Source: Candidatus Latescibacterota bacterium (lineage in GTDB: Bacteria; Latescibacterota; UBA2968; UBA8231). From it: DNA of 64,000 bases. How positions within the stretch are numbered: position 1 is the stretch's first letter; the number at the start of each line of letters is the position of its first letter. The notes beneath the pieces were generated by a model, which saw only the letters and a list, made by a program, of their open reading frames with translations, was not told where the DNA came from and made no database searches. The position numbers were made by a program, and so were the translations under genes. Of the stretch, positions 17,905 through 26,039 are shown piece by piece. The DNA is taken from NCBI GenBank assembly GCA_965203355.1, contig OZ241889.1:320001-384000 (forward strand), read 5' to 3'.

Positions 17905-19551
17905 ATGATCTTGACGCTAGCTATCGGAATACTGCTATCTACGGCACACGACAATCATGCAGAAACACCGCCGCAGCACACCTCGACCGCACTGCGCTGC
18001 GGCACCCCCTACGTGCTCCAAGCCATGGACGCGAGCACCGAACACCCGCGTCTAAAACTCGTGCAGCACCCCCGGCCTGGCACTCAGCACAGCCTGATAA
18101 CGCCCTCCGGTCTTTTCCGCGTCCACTACGACACCGAGGGACGCAATGCGGTTGATTCGGACGACGACGATGGCAACGGCGTCCCGGATTACATCGACCT
18201 AGCCGCTACCGTTCTCGATAGCATTTGGGTGTTGGAAGTCGAGCAACTCGGCTACAATCCGCCCCCTTCGGACAATGGCTTGGGCGGAGGAGACGAATAC
18301 GACGTTTATGTTGTCGAATTAGGAATCGGCAATAGGACTTTTTATGGGTTCGCCTATCCTGGAACACCCAGCGCGATCACCTACAGCCATCTCAAAATCG
18401 ACAACAACTTTACCGACCCAAGCTACAAGCAGACCCGCGGGCTGGACGCCCTGCGCGTGACCATCGCCCACGAGTTCCACCACGCCATCCAGTTTGGCTA
18501 CTACGCAAAATTCGACGGCAGTTGGTGGCAGGAGTCCACCTCGACGTGGATGGAGGAAGTGGCCTATCCACACATCGACGATTACCTCCAGTATTTGACC
18601 CACTTCCTCGGCGAACCTCAACGCGCCCTCAACTCCGGGCCTTGTGGTAGCAACCACACCTACGGGAGTGCGATCTTTTCTTTGTTCCTCGATCAGCACT
18701 ACGGCCGCGAGCTCAACCGCTTGATCTGGGAAGAAATCAAGGCACGCAAAAGCGTCCATCTCGACCACTTCGACCGCGTCATCCGCCAAGTCGAGCCGGG
18801 CGGGCTCGGCGTTGCTATGAGCGAGTTTGCCGTGTGGAACTATTTCACCGGCATTCGCCACCGAGACCAATACTATGCCGAAGCAGACAAATACCCGACC
18901 GTCCCCACCCGCGACATCGCCATCGACGCCGAAGCAGTCGCCCGCGACACCAGCCTCGTCGATGCCACCGGCAGCGTCTATCTGCGCCTTCAGCCGCAAC
19001 TGCGCCCGGGCGGAGTCGATCTCTTCTTCGACGCCAACCAAGGAGCGTGGCGGCGGCACTTGCTCTTAATCGGCCCGGACCGCGTTTCCGTGCAACTCGT
19101 CTCCGAGCCGACCATCCGCGTCACGAGTTGGGACCAGTTCGACGAAATCGTCCTCGTCGCCACTGCCGCCGAGCGCACGGGTCTCGCGCACCAGCACTTC
19201 TTCACCGCGCAGTTCGATCCTAGTCTGATCGAGTCCGACCGGCCCGCCGCCCTCGCCACCCGGCTCAAACCCAACTACCCCAATCCCTTCCGCCCCCCTT
19301 ACCATTCACACACCCGGCTGGCGTTTGACTTAGCCGTCCCCAGCCGAGAAACGCGCCTTGCGCTGTTTACGGCCAACGGCACGCTCGTATGGGAGCAAGA
19401 CTTAGGCGAGCGGGCGGCACGCCCAGACCACGCCGTGCGATGGGATGGCCGCAACCTCGCTGGCAACCTCGTAGCCAGCGGCATCTATCACCTGCTTCTC
19501 GAAGCCGACGGCATCGCCGCTAAACGATCACTTGCGGTGCTGCGCGATTGA
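17905..19551 (+). CDS. Secreted zinc metalloprotease (MXAN_6640-like) with FlgD-Ig/T9SS-like tail, paralogue 2
   Basis: Same HEFHH and C-terminal motifs as 13198-15018; AGGAG RBS. Confidence 0.85.
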   Translation: MILTLAIGILLSTAHDNHAETPPQHTSTALRCGTPYVLQAMDASTEHPRLKLVQHPRPGTQHSLITPSGLFRVHYDTEGRNAVDSDDDDGNGVPDYIDLAATVLDSIWVLEVEQLGYNPPPSDNGLGGGDEYDVYVVELGIGNRTFYGFAYPGTPSAITYSHLKIDNNFTDPSYKQTRGLDALRVTIAHEFHHAIQFGYYAKFDGSWWQESTSTWMEEVAYPHIDDYLQYLTHFLGEPQRALNSGPCGSNHTYGSAIFSLFLDQHYGRELNRLIWEEIKARKSVHLDHFDRVIRQVEPGGLGVAMSEFAVWNYFTGIRHRDQYYAEADKYPTVPTRDIAIDAEAVARDTSLVDATGSVYLRLQPQLRPGGVDLFFDANQGAWRRHLLLIGPDRVSVQLVSEPTIRVTSWDQFDEIVLVATAAERTGLAHQHFFTAQFDPSLIESDRPAALATRLKPNYPNPFRPPYHSHTRLAFDLAVPSRETRLALFTANGTLVWEQDLGERAARPDHAVRWDGRNLAGNLVASGIYHLLLEADGIAAKRSLAVLRD

Positions 19552-19570
19552 GAAGTTCCAGCGTTGCCAA

Positions 19571-19602
19571 GTCGCCCCTCGCGTGGGGGCGTGGATTGAG
19601 GC
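19571..19602 (+). CRISPR. Solitary type I-C-like CRISPR repeat (no array)
   Basis: GTCGCCCCTCGCGTGGGGGCGTGGATTGAGGC, 32 nt, follows the I-C pattern GTCGCNCCNNNNNNGGNGCGTGGATTGAAAC with a hairpin and a degenerate 3' end; only one copy seen. Confidence 0.6.
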
Positions 19603-19635
19603 GCGATTGAAAAACGCCATATACCAGTTCCAGCG

Positions 19636-19687
19636 TTGACAGTTGCGCTGCGATGACGTATGGTAACGACCCAAATCATACGTCATC
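19636..19687 (+). promoter_or_regulatory. TA promoter with an inverted-repeat operator
   Basis: TTGACA at 19636; perfect 11-bp IR gatgacgtatg (19652-19662) / catacgtcatc (19677-19687). Confidence 0.65.
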
Positions 19688-19701
19688 TGTGGAGACAACT
19701 G

Positions 19702-20046
19702 ATGCAAACCAAGCTCACGCTGCGCTTAGAGGCGCAATTAATCGAACGCGCTAAGGCCCATGCCAAAAAGCAGGGCAAGTCCGTATCGCAGATGGTGGCT
19801 GACTATTTTGCGTTGCTGGATCGAGACGATCTGCTAGAGACGCTACCACCGATCACTCGCTCTTTATACGGTGTCTTGAAAGGCTCTGCGGTTGATGAGG
19901 ATACATACCGCGAACATCTCAATGTCCAGCTACAGGGCCGTCCTACTCACCGCACCAAGGAAGTCCAACTGGGACGTTGCCTGATCGATAGCATGGACGA
20001 TGTTTCTCAGGCACTGTCCATAGCTGAGGAAGAAGACGCTCGGTGA
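19702..20046 (+). CDS. Ribbon-helix-helix antitoxin (DUF6364-like N-part, apparently chimeric C-part)
   Basis: MQTKLTLRLEAQLIERAKAHAKKQGKSVSQMVADYF...LPPITRSLYGVL, followed by a different VapB-like tail; GGAG RBS. Confidence 0.8.
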   Translation: MQTKLTLRLEAQLIERAKAHAKKQGKSVSQMVADYFALLDRDDLLETLPPITRSLYGVLKGSAVDEDTYREHLNVQLQGRPTHRTKEVQLGRCLIDSMDDVSQALSIAEEEDAR

Positions 20047-20483
20047 GGCTGGTCGATGCTAACCTCTTGGTATATGCCCACGTCGCCGACTTTGACCAAC
20101 ACCGGGCTGCACACGCTTGGCTCGACGACAAGCTAAACGAAACAATTCCACTCGGCCTGCCGTGGTCCAGCCTGTTGGCCTTCGCTCGTTTAGTATCTAA
20201 TCCCCGCATTTTTGAACGCCCGGAACCCATAGCAACAGCTTGGCAACAGGTTGAGTTCTGGCTCGACGCTCCCGCAAGCTGGATACCGCTGGCCACGGAT
20301 CGCCATCGGCAAGTCCTGGCCCCGTTGCTTAAAACCCCAAACCTGCGTGCCGATCACATACCTGACGCTCATCTCGCTGCACTCGCCATTGAGCACGACT
20401 TACTCCTTTGTTCTACCGACACTGATTTCGCCCGCTTCCCCAAGTTGAGTTGGGAAAATCCCCTCGTCAACGTAGAGTTCTAA
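20043..20483 (+). CDS. vapC: VapC/PIN toxin (mycobacterial-type subfamily)
   Basis: LVDANLLVYA...IPDAHLAALAIEH...STDTDFARFP.L.WENPL. Confidence 0.92.
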   Translation: MRLVDANLLVYAHVADFDQHRAAHAWLDDKLNETIPLGLPWSSLLAFARLVSNPRIFERPEPIATAWQQVEFWLDAPASWIPLATDRHRQVLAPLLKTPNLRADHIPDAHLAALAIEHDLLLCSTDTDFARFPKLSWENPLVNVEF

Positions 20484-20486
20484 GTC

Positions 20487-22418
20487 TTGTCAGCGCCTCC
20501 GCGCCGCGTCTCTCTCCGCGCCATTGCCATCGGGGCCATCGGCTGCCTCGTCATCGCCGTGGGCGAGCCTTTTGGCGTCTTGGTGATGCACAGCTCGCCC
20601 ATGGCCGCCGATTACTCAACCGGCGCGGCCCTGTTCTTGTTTTTTCTCGTCACCTTGCTCGTCAATCCGCTCGCCAAATTGCTCACCGGCACCAGCCTGC
20701 ACACCGGCGAGTTGGCCACCGTGTACATCATGATGATCGTGGGGGCCGCCATTCCCTCTTGGGGCCTGACCATGAACCTGATCCCGCTGCTCGGCGGGTT
20801 CTTTTATTACGCCACCCCGGAAAACGACTGGGTCAACACCATCCAGCCCTATATCTCGCGGCTTCTCGTGCCGCAAGACAGCGCGGCCATCCAAAAGCTG
20901 TTTGAAGGCAAAGCCCAAGGCGAACGCATCCCTTGGGGAGCTTGGGCGACGCCGCTGATGGCGTGGAGCCTGTTTGTCGTCAACATGTACTTCACCACGC
21001 TGTGCGTACTCGTCGTACTCCGCAAGCAATGGGTCGAGCGCGAGCGGCTCAACTTCCCGCTGGCCACCTTGCCCATAGCCATGAGCACCCGCGCCAACGA
21101 CCAAGCCATCGCGCCTTTTTACCGCAATTACCTGACTTGGATCGGCTTTGCCATTCCCGCGCTCATCGGCTCTATCAACGCCTTACACCGCTATTTCAAC
21201 TTCATCCCAGGGATTGACCTCAACCTGTGGGTGCCTTTTTTGCGCCACTCCATTTGGGTCAACTTTCGCCCGCACTTCGAGGTGGTTGGCCTCTCCTACT
21301 TGCTCAACCTCGACATCTCTATGGGCGTGTGGGTCTTTGCCTTGCTCAACATGTTGGCCATCGGCTTGTGCCGCATGACCGGGTGGAACATCGGCCCGGA
21401 GCAACCCTATTCTTCGCCCTCCCCACCCAGCATCGCCCACATCGCCCTCGGTGCGTTGTTCTTCTTAGTGCTGTCCAGTTTGTGGAGCGGGCGGCAGCAT
21501 TTGCGCCAAGTCTGGCGCAAGGCTCTGCGCGGCGACGACGCCATCGACGACAGCGGGGAATTGCTTCCGTACCGGGTCGCGGTCTTTGGCTTTATAGCCA
21601 GCTTTCTGCTCGGCCTGTTCGCGCTCTACGCCACCAACATGAACTTGCCGACCGCCTTTGTCTTTCAGCTTTCGGCTCTCGTGATCTTCGTCGGCTTGGC
21701 CCGCATCATCTCGCAGGCCGGGTTGGCCTATTGCCGCGCTCCGGTGGCTCCGGCCGTGTTCACTGTCAACACGCTCGGGTCGTCGTCGGTGGGTGCCCCG
21801 GGCCTGACGGCACTGGCACTCAACTTCCCGTGGTCGGCCGACATCCGCACCTTCGTCATGGCCTCAGCCGCCACCGGCCTCAAGCTGGCGGAAGTAACGC
21901 GCCTAGAGTACCGGCGCGTGTTCTGGGCCATTGCCGCGGCCATCGTCGTCACCCTCGCCGGCTCCATCGCCGCGGTCATCTACCTCGCGTACACCTATGG
22001 GGGCATCAACCTGAGCAGTTGGCAATTCGGCTATATGACGACCTATACCGGCAATTGGATCACCAACAACCTCAACAACATGCAGCCCACCTACGGCTGG
22101 CACTTGTCCTTTGCCGGCCTCGGCGCGTTCTTGATGGGCCTGTTGACCTTCATCAAAAACCGCTTCGTCGGCTTTCCCATTCATCCCATCGGCTTGGCCA
22201 TCGGGCTGCCGCATCCGGTGCAGCTAATCTGGCCGTCGGTCTTTCTCGCTTGGCTGCTCAAGGCGCTCATTCTCAAGTACGGCGGCCCCCGGCTTTACAC
22301 GCGCTTGCGTCCGTTCTTTTTGGGGCTGGTGCTGGGCGCGTTTGGCACCGCTGGATTGTGGCTCATCATCGACTCCTTCACCGGCCTGACCGGCAACCGG
22401 CTGATCAACATCGGGTGA
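20487..22418 (+). CDS. Multi-pass membrane protein (DUF6785/DUF6784-like, putative transporter)
   Basis: GELATVY, W.AW..PL, LRKQWVERERLNFPL, PIHPIGL, KYGG..LY...RPFF.GL..G. Confidence 0.8.
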   Translation: MSAPPRRVSLRAIAIGAIGCLVIAVGEPFGVLVMHSSPMAADYSTGAALFLFFLVTLLVNPLAKLLTGTSLHTGELATVYIMMIVGAAIPSWGLTMNLIPLLGGFFYYATPENDWVNTIQPYISRLLVPQDSAAIQKLFEGKAQGERIPWGAWATPLMAWSLFVVNMYFTTLCVLVVLRKQWVERERLNFPLATLPIAMSTRANDQAIAPFYRNYLTWIGFAIPALIGSINALHRYFNFIPGIDLNLWVPFLRHSIWVNFRPHFEVVGLSYLLNLDISMGVWVFALLNMLAIGLCRMTGWNIGPEQPYSSPSPPSIAHIALGALFFLVLSSLWSGRQHLRQVWRKALRGDDAIDDSGELLPYRVAVFGFIASFLLGLFALYATNMNLPTAFVFQLSALVIFVGLARIISQAGLAYCRAPVAPAVFTVNTLGSSSVGAPGLTALALNFPWSADIRTFVMASAATGLKLAEVTRLEYRRVFWAIAAAIVVTLAGSIAAVIYLAYTYGGINLSSWQFGYMTTYTGNWITNNLNNMQPTYGWHLSFAGLGAFLMGLLTFIKNRFVGFPIHPIGLAIGLPHPVQLIWPSVFLAWLLKALILKYGGPRLYTRLRPFFLGLVLGAFGTAGLWLIIDSFTGLTGNRLINIG

Positions 22419-22476
22419 AAGGCAGGGGTTAGTGGCCGGTGACCTGTCCCAACCCACCCCCGGAAGCGATCGGGGG

Positions 22477-22502
22477 ACTGACCACTGACCACTGACCACT
22501 GG
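22477..22502. repeat. Heptamer tandem repeat (CTGACCA)n
   Basis: ctgaccactgaccactgaccactg; a related palindromic cluster lies at 23432-23478. Confidence 0.8.
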
Positions 22503-22569
22503 ATTGCATCGCAATCATGGCGTAATTTGGGACCGGACGACCAACAAGGACCAACAAGGACCATATATC

Positions 22570-22812
22570 ATGGCGAGCATCACGATCCGCAATCTCGACG
22601 ACGACGTGAAGACCCAGCTTCGCATGAGGGCGGCGGGAAATGGCCGCTCTATGGAAGAAGAGGCGCGGGTGATCCTGCGCGAAGCCGTCGGACGCAAGCC
22701 GGCTTCGCAAGATCTCGCGAGCATCATCCACACCCATTTCGGACCTGCCAATGGCGTGGACTTAGAGCTACCGCCGCGCGAGCCCGTACGCGAGCCGCCT
22801 CGGTTCGATTGA
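22570..22812 (+). CDS. fitA: FitA/StbC-like ribbon-helix-helix antitoxin
   Basis: MASITIRNLDDDVKTQLRMRAAGNGRSMEEEARVILREAV...GVDLELPPR. Confidence 0.88.
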   Translation: MASITIRNLDDDVKTQLRMRAAGNGRSMEEEARVILREAVGRKPASQDLASIIHTHFGPANGVDLELPPREPVREPPRFD

Positions 22813-22822
22813 AGTAACCGCC

Positions 22823-23245
22823 ATGTTCCTTCTTGATACCAACGTCGTGTCTGAATTGATGCGCCGGGTGCCCGAACCCGCTGTGGCAGCTTGGGCCGCC
22901 AGACATGCTTTGGAGACTCTCTTCTTTTCGGCAGTCAGCGAAGCCGAACTGCGCTACGGTGCCGCCATCATGCCAGAAGGACGCCGCCGGGATACGTTGG
23001 CCGCGGACATCGAGACGATGCTGCGTGCGGCGTTCGATAACCGCGTTCTGCCGTTCGACAGCGATGCGGCACGTGCTTATGCGAGCATTGCCGCCGGGCG
23101 CCGTCTCGCCGGGCGTCCGGTCGCGTCGGCTGATTGCCAGATCGCGGCCATCGCACACTCCCAAGGTATGACTGTGGCAACGCGGAACGTTCGGGATTTC
23201 TCGGACATGGGCATCGACGTGATCGACCCATGGGAGAACGTGTGA
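22823..23245 (+). CDS. fitB: FitB/StbB-like VapC toxin
   Basis: LLDTNVVSEL...EAELRYG...ADCQIAAIA...ATRNVRDF...IDPW. Confidence 0.9.
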   Translation: MFLLDTNVVSELMRRVPEPAVAAWAARHALETLFFSAVSEAELRYGAAIMPEGRRRDTLAADIETMLRAAFDNRVLPFDSDAARAYASIAAGRRLAGRPVASADCQIAAIAHSQGMTVATRNVRDFSDMGIDVIDPWENV

Positions 23246-23431
23246 ACGCCTGATGCCGTGAACTGCTTTAGTGGCCTCTATGGCCCAGCCACCCGCTACG
23301 CCAGTTCGTGGTCAATGCCGAGTTTGATCGAACTGATTGATCTCCATGTAGGCGTCAGCGGCCAGGCTGTCGGCTTGCAAGCTCTTTGCGGACGCGAGCA
23401 AAATCCCAACTCGCCTGCGGCAATGGCTCGC

Positions 23432-23478
23432 TCAGTGGTTAGTGGTCAGTGGCCACTGACCACTGACCACCGACCACC
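23432..23478. repeat. Palindromic heptamer repeat cluster
   Basis: tcagtggttagtggtcagtgg-ccactgaccactgaccaccgaccacc forms a long hairpin. Confidence 0.75.
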
Positions 23479-23484
23479 ATCTTA

Positions 23485-24594
23485 ATGAACGCATACCAAC
23501 GCTTCGTCCGTCCCCTCCTGTTCCGCTGCGACCCAGAGCGCATCCACGAACAAACCCTCGCGCTCGGCGAGCGAGTCGGCTCTGTCGCGCTTGGCCGCCA
23601 TCTGCTTGCCAGTCTCTTTGCCTTTGCGGACGCACGGCTTTCTACCCAAGTGGGCGGCTTGCACTTTGCCAATCCGCTGGGCATGGCCGCGGGGTTCGAC
23701 AAAAATGGCCGGGCGATCCAAGCGTTGGCGGCCATGGGCTTTGGGTTTGTGGAAGTGGGGTCGGTATCGGCGCATCCTTCGGCGGGCAATCCCCGGCCGC
23801 GCTTGTTCCGCTTGCCGTTGGACGAGGCCATTGTGGTCAACTATGGAGTGCCCAATGACGGGGCCGCGGTCGTGGCCGAGCGCGTGGCCCAGCGGCCGAC
23901 GCCCGTGCCCTTGGGAGTCAATCTCGTCGAAACCAATACCGGGCAGGCCATGACGCCCGATGCGGTCGTGGCCGAGCTGGCCGCGGCCCTTGTCCCCTTT
24001 GTCGGGCGCGCCTCCTACATCGCGTTCAACCTCAACTGTCCGAACACGACCGGCGGCGTCAGTCCATTCACCAGCGGGGAGCACCTGCACAACTTGCTGC
24101 GGGAATGCGCGGCCATCGACGACCTGCCGCCGATCTTTCTCAAGCTCACCGCACACACCAACCCGGCGCGGCTGGACTGGATGCTGGAGACGGTCGATCC
24201 GTTTGCCTGCGTCAAGGGCTTCATCTTCAACCTGCCGCCGGGCGCGAACTATTCGCTCAAGTCGCCAGCCCATCTTGTGGGTCCGCTGCCCGGGACCTTG
24301 TGCGGGCGGCCCGTTCAGGCCCTGATCGACGAAACCGTGCGCTTCTGGTATAAGCGCATCGACCGCCAGCGGCATGCGATCATTGGCGTGGGAGGGATTT
24401 CATCGGCCCGCGACGCCTACCGCAAAATTCGCCTCGGCGCTTCGCTGGTGCAGCTATACTCAGCGTTGGTTTTCAGGGGGCCGGGCCTCGTGCGGCAAAT
24501 CAACGCGGGGTTAGCGCATCTATTGGAGCGCGATGGGTTTGCCCGGGTGGGCGACGCGGTTGGCATCGACAATCAAGCAAAAGCTGCGGTGTAG
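23485..24594 (+). CDS. pyrD: Quinone-dependent dihydroorotate dehydrogenase (class 2)
   Basis: DPE..H, NPLGMAAGFDKNG, GFGFVEVGSV, GNPRPRLFRL, NLNCPNT, IIGVGGI, GASLVQLYS. Confidence 0.9.
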   Translation: MNAYQRFVRPLLFRCDPERIHEQTLALGERVGSVALGRHLLASLFAFADARLSTQVGGLHFANPLGMAAGFDKNGRAIQALAAMGFGFVEVGSVSAHPSAGNPRPRLFRLPLDEAIVVNYGVPNDGAAVVAERVAQRPTPVPLGVNLVETNTGQAMTPDAVVAELAAALVPFVGRASYIAFNLNCPNTTGGVSPFTSGEHLHNLLRECAAIDDLPPIFLKLTAHTNPARLDWMLETVDPFACVKGFIFNLPPGANYSLKSPAHLVGPLPGTLCGRPVQALIDETVRFWYKRIDRQRHAIIGVGGISSARDAYRKIRLGASLVQLYSALVFRGPGLVRQINAGLAHLLERDGFARVGDAVGIDNQAKAAV

Positions 24595-24598
24595 CCAC

Positions 24599-25486
24599 CT
24601 ACCGAATTCGCGCGTTGACCTGCAAATCCCACGCCCTCCAGTAGTACTTGAGCGGATCGTCCGCGCTCCACTGGGCGTAAATGTCCTCCCAATCCGCAAA
24701 GTGCATGTGCGGCTCCAGCGAATCTTCGCGCACGGGGTGGCTCATGGGCTGGTAGCGATAGTCGAGCGAGATGCGCAGGCGGTCGCCGCTTTGGTTGTCT
24801 TGGCCCTGATGCGCGGTGAGACTGTGGCATATCAGCACGTCTCCAGCACAAAAGTCGCCGCCCGCCCACAGCGTGTCCTCGGGCAGCGCGATGGCGTGGC
24901 CGCCCGCGCCGGTCGCCTTATGCACGTCTAGCTTGCCCAGCGTGTGGCTACCCGGTGCCACCGCCAAGCTGCCCAGCGTGGCCGGACAGTCGCCAGCCGG
25001 AATCCACGCGGTCCACGTCTCGTCCGTGCCGCCGATGTAGAAATTGTCCTGATGCGGCGGGGTGGTGTGCGCTAAGGCGTTGGGGAAAATCACCCGGCAG
25101 ATATTGCGGCTGTGGGGCAAAGCCTCCTCGCCAAAGAGCGTGGCAAACATCGCCAAGATCGCCGGATGCAGGGCCAAAGCGTTGAAGGCACGCAACCGCT
25201 GAACATCAACGTAAAAGGCGATCCACTCGGGCGAATTGCCTTCGACGAAAAGCTGCCCGTCGCGAGCGACTCCGTCCATCAAGGGCGCGCTGTCGTCAAG
25301 CCAGCCGTGCTGCTGACAAACTTCGAGGATCTGGCGGCGCAGGTCGAGCACCGACGCTACATCCAACAGCGAGCGGAAGAACAAATAGCCCTGCTCGGCC
25401 GCGCGCTCGCGCAATGCCTCGGGCGCGTCAAGCAGGGGGGTGGAATCGACGAAAGGTTCGAGGTTAATCATAGTCTGCTGGGCCAT
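24599..25486 (-). CDS. Phytanoyl-CoA dioxygenase-family Fe(II)/2OG oxygenase
   Basis: TPPHQD, WIP.GD, PGSH, GDVLI.HSLT.H, R.S.DYRYQ; GAGGAG RBS before ATG 25486. Confidence 0.9.
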   Translation of the reverse strand: MAQQTMINLEPFVDSTPLLDAPEALRERAAEQGYLFFRSLLDVASVLDLRRQILEVCQQHGWLDDSAPLMDGVARDGQLFVEGNSPEWIAFYVDVQRLRAFNALALHPAILAMFATLFGEEALPHSRNICRVIFPNALAHTTPPHQDNFYIGGTDETWTAWIPAGDCPATLGSLAVAPGSHTLGKLDVHKATGAGGHAIALPEDTLWAGGDFCAGDVLICHSLTAHQGQDNQSGDRLRISLDYRYQPMSHPVREDSLEPHMHFADWEDIYAQWSADDPLKYYWRAWDLQVNARIR

Positions 25487-25490
25487 TAAT

Positions 25491-25943
25491 TCACTCCTCT
25501 GGTCTGTCTCTGATGGCGCGTAAGGTTTGAATGTATGCTGCGGAAAGTCCGTGTTCGGTCGCCCCCTTAATGACCGCGTGGAGGTATTCTTCCGAGGGCG
25601 GATAGTGGTGTCCGGCGTCGAGGCGGGAGAGATACGTCCAAACTTCGCCAAACTTAGGGATGGTTATCGTGTCCCGCCGATATTTAGTGCCCTCGCTTTC
25701 GTAGTGATCGAGGCGTCTGAAGTCGTCCGGCGTCACGGCATAGATAACGCCTTCGACGGACGTTTCTTCGTTGGGCCGGATGCTGGCCACGCCCATGCCG
25801 CTGCGCGTAAAGGAGATCATCGGAAAACACAGCTCGTACCCTGCTAGGCACACCACAGAGTGGACGCGGGCACCCGGGCAACGAGCCTGCATCTGGCTCC
25901 AGAGCAAATTGGACCCATAGGCAAAGTAGAGCATTTCGGTCAC
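25491..25943 (-). CDS. Gamma-glutamylcyclotransferase family protein
   Basis: LYFAYGSNL...VEGVIY...LDHYE...PSEEYL...GA.EHGL...YI; start uncertain. Confidence 0.88.
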   Translation of the reverse strand: MTEMLYFAYGSNLLWSQMQARCPGARVHSVVCLAGYELCFPMISFTRSGMGVASIRPNEETSVEGVIYAVTPDDFRRLDHYESEGTKYRRDTITIPKFGEVWTYLSRLDAGHHYPPSEEYLHAVIKGATEHGLSAAYIQTLRAIRDRPEE

Positions 25944-26039
25944 GACCCGATCTCCTGTGGATTTTGACAAGAAGTGCGGATATAGTACCATTCAGGCTTG
26001 CCGCACGCAAACACGGCCCAACAACGCTTTCAGGCGTCC

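Noticed and set aside
19571-19700. CRISPR array
   Set aside because: Only one repeat-like unit with no regular spacing; reported as a solitary repeat.
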